Below, piece after piece: positions 58,900 through 64,000 of a DNA stretch of 64,000 nucleotides. The DNA lies in assembly GCF_039539345.1 (NCBI RefSeq), contig NZ_BAABCY010000086.1:16859-80858 (forward strand), in the 5' to 3' direction. The translations under genes and the position numbers were made by a program. The notes under the pieces were generated by a model. That model was not told the DNA's origin and did no database searches. It was given only the letters and a program-made list of their open reading frames with translations. The stretch is from Snuella lapsa (lineage in GTDB: Bacteria; Bacteroidota; Bacteroidia; Flavobacteriales; Flavobacteriaceae). Every line of letters begins with the position of its first letter. The stretch's first letter is position 1.

Positions 58900-60273
58900 T
58901 TGTTAGGTATGTTAAAAACGTTAATAAATAAATATAATGTAGCGGGGCCTCGTTATACGAGTTATCCAACGGTGCCGTATTGGAATAACGACACTTATTC
59001 TTTAAAACATTGGAAATCGTCATTAATCACTTCATTTAAGGAAAGTAATGCTAAAGAGGGGATTAGTTTGTATATCCATTTGCCATTTTGTGAAAGCTTA
59101 TGCACTTTTTGCGGTTGTAATAAGCGTATAACAAAACAGCACAGTGTAGAATCACCTTATATTGATGCCGTTTTAAAGGAGTGGAGCTTGTACTTGGCAT
59201 TGTTTGATGAAAAACCGATTATAAAGGAACTTCATCTTGGTGGAGGAACTCCTACTTTTTTTAGTCCAGACAATTTAAAGCGCTTAATACAGGGTATTTT
59301 AAATAAGTCGGTACTGGCTGAAGCTTATGAATTCAGTTTTGAAGGCCATCCCAATAATACGACAAGAGAACATTTACAGGCACTTTACGATGTTGGCTTT
59401 AGGCGTGTGAGCTATGGTGTTCAAGATTATAATGAAACGGTTCAAAAAGCAATACATAGAATTCAGCCTTTCGAAAATGTTAAACGGGCTACGGAGCTTG
59501 CAAGGGAGATGGGTTATACGTCAATAGGTCATGATATTATTTTTGGATTACCATTTCAAACACTGGATCATGTACAGGAAACCATTCTCAAAACGAAGGC
59601 ATTATTGCCTGATCGTCTGGCATTTTATAGTTATGCGCATGTACCATGGATAAAAGGTAACGGACAGCGAGGATTTAAAGATTCGGATTTACCTTCGGCT
59701 GCATTAAAACGTGAACAATACGAATTAGGGAAAGCATTACTTACTCAAGTGGGCTACCATGAAATTGGAATGGATCACTTTGCTCTGGCTACGGATTCAT
59801 TATATAAATCTATGCAAAATGGTGGTTTACATAGAAACTTCATGGGATATACAGCATCAAAAACACAAGCGATGATAGGCCTAGGGGTTTCTTCGATTAG
59901 TGATAGTTGGTATGGATTCTCCCAAAACGTTAAAGGTCTGGAATCTTATTATCATTTATTAAGGGAAAACATGTTGCCCGTATATCGAGGGCATATTTTA
60001 AATGATGAAGATTTGGTTATACGTAAGCATATCCTTAATTTGATGTGCCGCTTTAAGACCTCCTGGACCGATGATCGGCTATACTTTAGCGAACTCCCGG
60101 AAGTTTTAATACGACTAAAAGAAATGGAAGCAGACGGATTGCTTCATATTACATCGCAAACTATAGAAGTAACTGAAAAAGGCCAGCCCTTTGTTAGAAA
60201 CATATGTATGGCTTTCGATTTATTATTACAACGTAAACAACCTGATGTCCAGTTGTTTTCCATGACGGTTTAA
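58900..60273 (+). CDS. hemN: Oxygen-independent coproporphyrinogen III oxidase (radical SAM)
   Basis: CxxxCxxC radical SAM motif (CESLCTFCGC) and the HemN N-terminal YTSYPTVPYW. Confidence 0.85.
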   Translation: MLGMLKTLINKYNVAGPRYTSYPTVPYWNNDTYSLKHWKSSLITSFKESNAKEGISLYIHLPFCESLCTFCGCNKRITKQHSVESPYIDAVLKEWSLYLALFDEKPIIKELHLGGGTPTFFSPDNLKRLIQGILNKSVLAEAYEFSFEGHPNNTTREHLQALYDVGFRRVSYGVQDYNETVQKAIHRIQPFENVKRATELAREMGYTSIGHDIIFGLPFQTLDHVQETILKTKALLPDRLAFYSYAHVPWIKGNGQRGFKDSDLPSAALKREQYELGKALLTQVGYHEIGMDHFALATDSLYKSMQNGGLHRNFMGYTASKTQAMIGLGVSSISDSWYGFSQNVKGLESYYHLLRENMLPVYRGHILNDEDLVIRKHILNLMCRFKTSWTDDRLYFSELPEVLIRLKEMEADGLLHITSQTIEVTEKGQPFVRNICMAFDLLLQRKQPDVQLFSMTV

Positions 60274-60443
60274 CGTAACAACGGTAATGATAGGTCTATA
60301 TAATCAATAGTTTTGATATTAATTGATATATTTACTGTGCGAATAGTATTAAAATAATTTGAAAACAAAATGCAAGGAAGCGAAACGATCGTGTATTCTT
60401 GAATTTTTTAACAAGTTATTTTTTAATAATTAAAATTAAACTC

Positions 60444-61277
60444 ATGAAAAAAATTATTGTACCTATAGATTTCTCTGAACATTCTGAGTATGCTTTAAAG
60501 ACTGCTGCGCAACTGGCAAAGCAATATGATGCGGAAGTTTTGGCTTTACATATGTTAGAGATGTCCGATATTATGTTAACTGCTTCAGAAGGACTTCAAA
60601 ATCAGAAAGCGGCCTATTTTTTTAAATTGGCTGAACAAAAGTTTGAAGCATTTCTAGACAAGGATTATTTAAAGGATATTAAGTTAACTCCTATTATCAA
60701 GCATTTTAAAGTGTTTAGTGAGGTTAATGATGTGGCCAAAAAGAACGATGCCGACCTTATTGTTATGGGTTCGCATGGCGTTAGCGGAGTTAAAGAGTTT
60801 TTTATTGGGTCAAACACAGAACGCGTAGTGCGTCATGCCGACATCCCTGTTTTGGTTGTTAAAAACGATGTTTTGAAAGTAAGCTTTAATGAAGTGGTAT
60901 TTGCTTGTGATTTTTCTGAAGAATCCATAAGGCCTTATATCAATGCTGTAAACATGTTTGATAAAATGCGGTCTAAGATGCATTTGGTATATGTTAACCT
61001 GCCTAACGAGCGCTTTAAGAGTACTGACGAAATAGAAGCTGACGTTGTCAATTTTCTCAAAAAAGCTGATGGCAATTTGAGCAGGTATAACAATGTAAAT
61101 TATGTGTCCGATTATACAGCAGAAGAGGGCATTTTAAATTTTGCCAATAAAATTAATGCTGATTTGATAGCAATACCTACTCATGGCAGAAAGGGGCTAT
61201 CACACTTTTTTGAAGGTAGCATAGGTGAGGACATAACAAATCATGCGAACTTACCTGTAATGACATTTAAAATATAA
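60444..61277 (+). CDS. Universal stress protein (tandem UspA domains)
   Basis: Two Usp domains (IIVPIDFSEHS...; VMGSHGVSG...); track ORF starts 60399, MKKIIVP at 60444 is the likely start. Confidence 0.75.
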   Translation: MKKIIVPIDFSEHSEYALKTAAQLAKQYDAEVLALHMLEMSDIMLTASEGLQNQKAAYFFKLAEQKFEAFLDKDYLKDIKLTPIIKHFKVFSEVNDVAKKNDADLIVMGSHGVSGVKEFFIGSNTERVVRHADIPVLVVKNDVLKVSFNEVVFACDFSEESIRPYINAVNMFDKMRSKMHLVYVNLPNERFKSTDEIEADVVNFLKKADGNLSRYNNVNYVSDYTAEEGILNFANKINADLIAIPTHGRKGLSHFFEGSIGEDITNHANLPVMTFKI

Positions 61278-61317
61278 GCTGGGTAGCCAGTTACTAAATT
61301 TGATTAATAGCAATGAA

Positions 61318-61353
61318 AGGGCAATTTAACTATAAAATTGCTCTTTTTTTTAT
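61318..61353 (+). terminator. Intrinsic terminator after usp
   Basis: gcaattt/aaattgc stem followed by T8. Confidence 0.5.
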
Positions 61354-61393
61354 ACCACAAATATTACTACGCTTTGATTGCAATAAAAAATGG

Positions 61394-62095
61394 TTAATGG
61401 CATTCCATGGAATTATTAACCATATCTAAAACGGGAGCGGGAGAGAGGTATGGTATTCCTAAACCAAGACCACGAAGAATGAAAAGCATACCTATTAAGA
61501 TTACAAAAGCTGGTACAGCTTTTTGGATTTTCTGTCTTGTAGGCCCTTTTAGCAAATGGCTAAAATAAAGTACTGTAGTCATCAAGGGTATCGTACCGAG
61601 TCCAAAAGTGGCCATATAAATGCTCCCTTGCAGTATATTGCCTTCTGCAATGGCACCAAATAAGGCCATATACACCAACCCACAAGGTAAGAACCCATTG
61701 AGAAAGCCAATGGTTAAAAATGTATCGGCAGTTTTCTTTTTTAAGGCTTTACCTAGTGCCGATTTTACTTTGGAAATGAGTTTATATATGGGTTTGGATA
61801 AATTGTATTTGTTAAATGATTTTTCTGGAATTATAACAATAAAAATCATTAAAGCTCCTATGAAAATTGATAATTGTTGCTGAAAACCAAATAGATACAA
61901 GCTTTTTCCAACTAAACCGAAAAGCCCACCTATAATACTATAGGTGAGTAATCGGCCAATATGGTAAACAGTTATTTGTGTTGCTTTTTTATAGGCATTG
62001 TTTCGATCTACGGGTAACATAAAGGCTATGGGACCACACATGCCTATGCAGTGAAAGCTTCCCAATAATCCCAATACCAATGCCGAAACTAACAT
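61394..62095 (-). CDS. DsbD_2 / 'sulfite exporter TauE/SafE'-annotated membrane protein of the cbb3 oxidase accessory locus
   Basis: LLGSFHCIGMCGPIA motif; 6 TM helices; adjacent to ccoH/ccoG. Confidence 0.65.
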   Translation of the reverse strand: MLVSALVLGLLGSFHCIGMCGPIAFMLPVDRNNAYKKATQITVYHIGRLLTYSIIGGLFGLVGKSLYLFGFQQQLSIFIGALMIFIVIIPEKSFNKYNLSKPIYKLISKVKSALGKALKKKTADTFLTIGFLNGFLPCGLVYMALFGAIAEGNILQGSIYMATFGLGTIPLMTTVLYFSHLLKGPTRQKIQKAVPAFVILIGMLFILRGLGLGIPYLSPAPVLDMVNNSMECH

Positions 62096-62096
62096 G

Positions 62097-62543
62097 TTAA
62101 TAATTTATAGATTCTTTATATAGATAAGAATTTCCTTTATATTGCCAATCAATTTTAATGTTCCAACGACCATCTACCAAACGCTTGTCAGGTATGAGCA
62201 AATGTGGTTTAGAAATTGAAATGTTCGTTTCAAAATCTAATTGTTTGTTAGATGGTCTATATAGGAACACTTTTCCAGTAATGTCTTTGGCTTCAATATT
62301 ATTAGGGAACAGAATAAGCAAGCCGTCGTCCGTTCTTTTGTAACGAATGTTTTGGCTTAAACTTTTTGAGTTTGTTAGTTTGTTAATGTCGTTTTGGTAT
62401 TCTAATTCGGCTTTATAATAATCATCGGTTACTAAATCATGATCGTATTTGTCATTAACATTCATGGTAATTATAAAATACATGATAAAGCTTATAAAGC
62501 CTATAAACGCTAATACTATTCCTGTTCCCCAATTAAATTTCAT
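62097..62543 (-). CDS. ccoH: FixH/CcoH family protein
   Basis: N-terminal TM plus FixH domain; sits between ccoG and the DsbD_2 gene. Confidence 0.65.
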   Translation of the reverse strand: MKFNWGTGIVLAFIGFISFIMYFIITMNVNDKYDHDLVTDDYYKAELEYQNDINKLTNSKSLSQNIRYKRTDDGLLILFPNNIEAKDITGKVFLYRPSNKQLDFETNISISKPHLLIPDKRLVDGRWNIKIDWQYKGNSYLYKESINY

Positions 62544-62573
62544 AAGTTTTTAATTTTCTTCTAACTTCTAACT

Positions 62574-63998
62574 CTATTTATAGCTTCTAGGGCCTAAAAA
62601 GTTGGCACTTGTTGTTTCAATAAGTTTATCTCCTTCGTAAACACCAATCTTTATTTTGTTTCTATCACCTGAAAGGGCAGCGTTATTGATTTCAATAAAG
62701 AGGGTGCCTTTGGCTATGCCTTGCTTGGGCACTAAAAAATTATCTTTAGTCGCAACTAATTTTAAAGTGCCTTTATGTGACAATAGTTTTAGGCTAACAT
62801 TGCTAATATCTTTTGTTGTTTTATTTACCAGTTTATAGGTAAACACATTGCTTATAATATTATTGTCCTTGTGTTCGTACAACTGTCCTGGAAGTCTTAA
62901 AACAGTTGCTTCTACATCGTTTCGTAAAAATAGCATACCTATTAACAAGCCTGTTAAAATGGACAATACAGCAATATAACCTTTAAGTCGTGCTGTCAAC
63001 TTAAAAGGAGCTTTCTTTTCAATATTGTCTTCACTTGCATAACGAATTAACCCTTTGGGCAGGTTAATGCTTTCCATAATATGGTCGCATTCGTCTATAC
63101 AGGCTGTACAGTTAACGCATTCTAATTGGGTGCCGTTTCTTATATCGATACCAGTGGGGCATACGTTAACACATTGAAAACAGTCAATACAATCGCCATG
63201 TCCCAATGCTTTTCGATCTTCATTTTTACGGAATTTTTTTCTTCCATTGTCTCCTTCCCCACGTTTATGATCGTAAGCGACTACAATAGATTTGTTGTCT
63301 AAAAGCACACCTTGTAAACGCCCATATGGACAGGCTATAATACAAACTTGTTCTCTAAACCAGGCAAACACAAAATAGAATACTGCTGTAAAAATGAGTA
63401 AGGAGACAAGATTGCTTATATGGCTTAAGGGGCCATCTGCTATGTATTCAAATAGCTTGTCGCTACCTATTAAGTAAGCTAAAAACACGTTGGCAATTAA
63501 AAAAGAGATAAGAGCGAAAATAAAAAACTTAAGCCCTTTTTTCTTTATTTTTTCTGTATTCCAAGGTTGTTTTGCTAATCGCATTTGTTTGCCTCTGTCA
63601 CCTTCTATCCAATATTCAATGCGTCTGAACACCATTTCCATAAAAATGGTTTGCGGACAAATCCAACCACAAAAAATTCTACCAAAAGCTACTGTAAAGA
63701 GCGTGATAAACACAACGCCTATAAGCATGGATATGACAAATAGGTGAAAGTCTTGTGGCCAAAACGGAAAGCCAAAAATATTAAAACGACGCTCCAATAC
63801 ATTGAACATCAGGAATTGGTTTCCATTGATTTTTACAAAAGGTGAAAAAATAAAGAAAGCCAATAACCCATAACTTACCCATTTTCTATAGTTATAGAAT
63901 GTACCACTGGGTTTTTTTGGAAACACCCAAGCGCGTTTACCTTCTTTGGTAACTGTGCCAATTGAGTCTCTAAATATTTCGTTTTCGGGTGTTTCCAA
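62574..63998 (-). CDS. ccoG: Cytochrome c oxidase accessory protein CcoG/FixG (4Fe-4S ferredoxin membrane protein); 5' end at or beyond the window edge
   Basis: CGWICPQ and CxxCxxCxxxCP ferredoxin motifs (CIDCFQCVNVCP; CVNCTACIDEC). Confidence 0.8.
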   Translation of the reverse strand: METPENEIFRDSIGTVTKEGKRAWVFPKKPSGTFYNYRKWVSYGLLAFFIFSPFVKINGNQFLMFNVLERRFNIFGFPFWPQDFHLFVISMLIGVVFITLFTVAFGRIFCGWICPQTIFMEMVFRRIEYWIEGDRGKQMRLAKQPWNTEKIKKKGLKFFIFALISFLIANVFLAYLIGSDKLFEYIADGPLSHISNLVSLLIFTAVFYFVFAWFREQVCIIACPYGRLQGVLLDNKSIVVAYDHKRGEGDNGRKKFRKNEDRKALGHGDCIDCFQCVNVCPTGIDIRNGTQLECVNCTACIDECDHIMESINLPKGLIRYASEDNIEKKAPFKLTARLKGYIAVLSILTGLLIGMLFLRNDVEATVLRLPGQLYEHKDNNIISNVFTYKLVNKTTKDISNVSLKLLSHKGTLKLVATKDNFLVPKQGIAKGTLFIEINNAALSGDRNKIKIGVYEGDKLIETTSANFLGPRSYK

Positions 63999-64000
63999 AA

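Noticed and set aside
1-64000. Looked for mobile elements, integrases, transposases, toxin-antitoxin pairs, restriction-modification or other defence genes
   Set aside because: None found. All large ORFs are core metabolic, envelope or translation genes. Gene density and operon structure are typical of a stable core region.

Overview
This is a low-GC chromosomal segment that looks Flavobacteriia-like (Bacteroidota): Shine-Dalgarno sites are absent, TAnnTTTG-type -7 promoter boxes are present, and an lpxC-fabZ fusion and a PorX-like REC+PglZ regulator occur. Nearly all of it is core metabolism, densely packed.

Gene content, in order:
- A partial menaquinone cluster: DHNA-CoA-type thioesterase, menF, menD.
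- aroB, a proline dehydrogenase, an alanine-dehydrogenase-like enzyme and a TonB-dependent receptor.
- tsaE next to a PorX-like response regulator.
- A lipid A block: lpxD, lpxC/fabZ, lpxA, efp, a second lpxD.
- sucD, fabG, and a vWA membrane protein / SPFH / membrane-LytTR trio.
- A complete his operon (hisG-D-C-B-H-[four-helix-bundle gene]-A-F-IE) preceded by a His-codon leader peptide and an intrinsic terminator, i.e. an attenuator.
- truA, an esterase, DUF2461, DUF72, leuC-leuD-leuA-leuB, an MscS channel and a divergent EF-G paralog.
- yceI, hemN, a tandem Usp protein, and a cbb3-oxidase accessory block (DsbD_2/TauE-like, ccoH/fixH, ccoG/fixG).

I saw no rRNA or tRNA genes, CRISPR array, transposase, integrase, phage or recognisable defence genes. 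I found no clearly novel multi-gene system and do not claim one.

The most interesting items are regulatory or structural DNA elements:
- The his leader/attenuator.
- A 25-nt element centred on a 13-bp palindrome, present identically at two distant loci.
- A pair of inverted 19-nt hairpin units between hisC and hisB.
- A family of AAACTTT/CAACTTC heptad tandem repeats in his/leu intergenic spacers.
- Dyad-rich divergent promoters between an XRE regulator and an M14 peptidase.
- Perfect palindromes upstream of the EF-G paralog.
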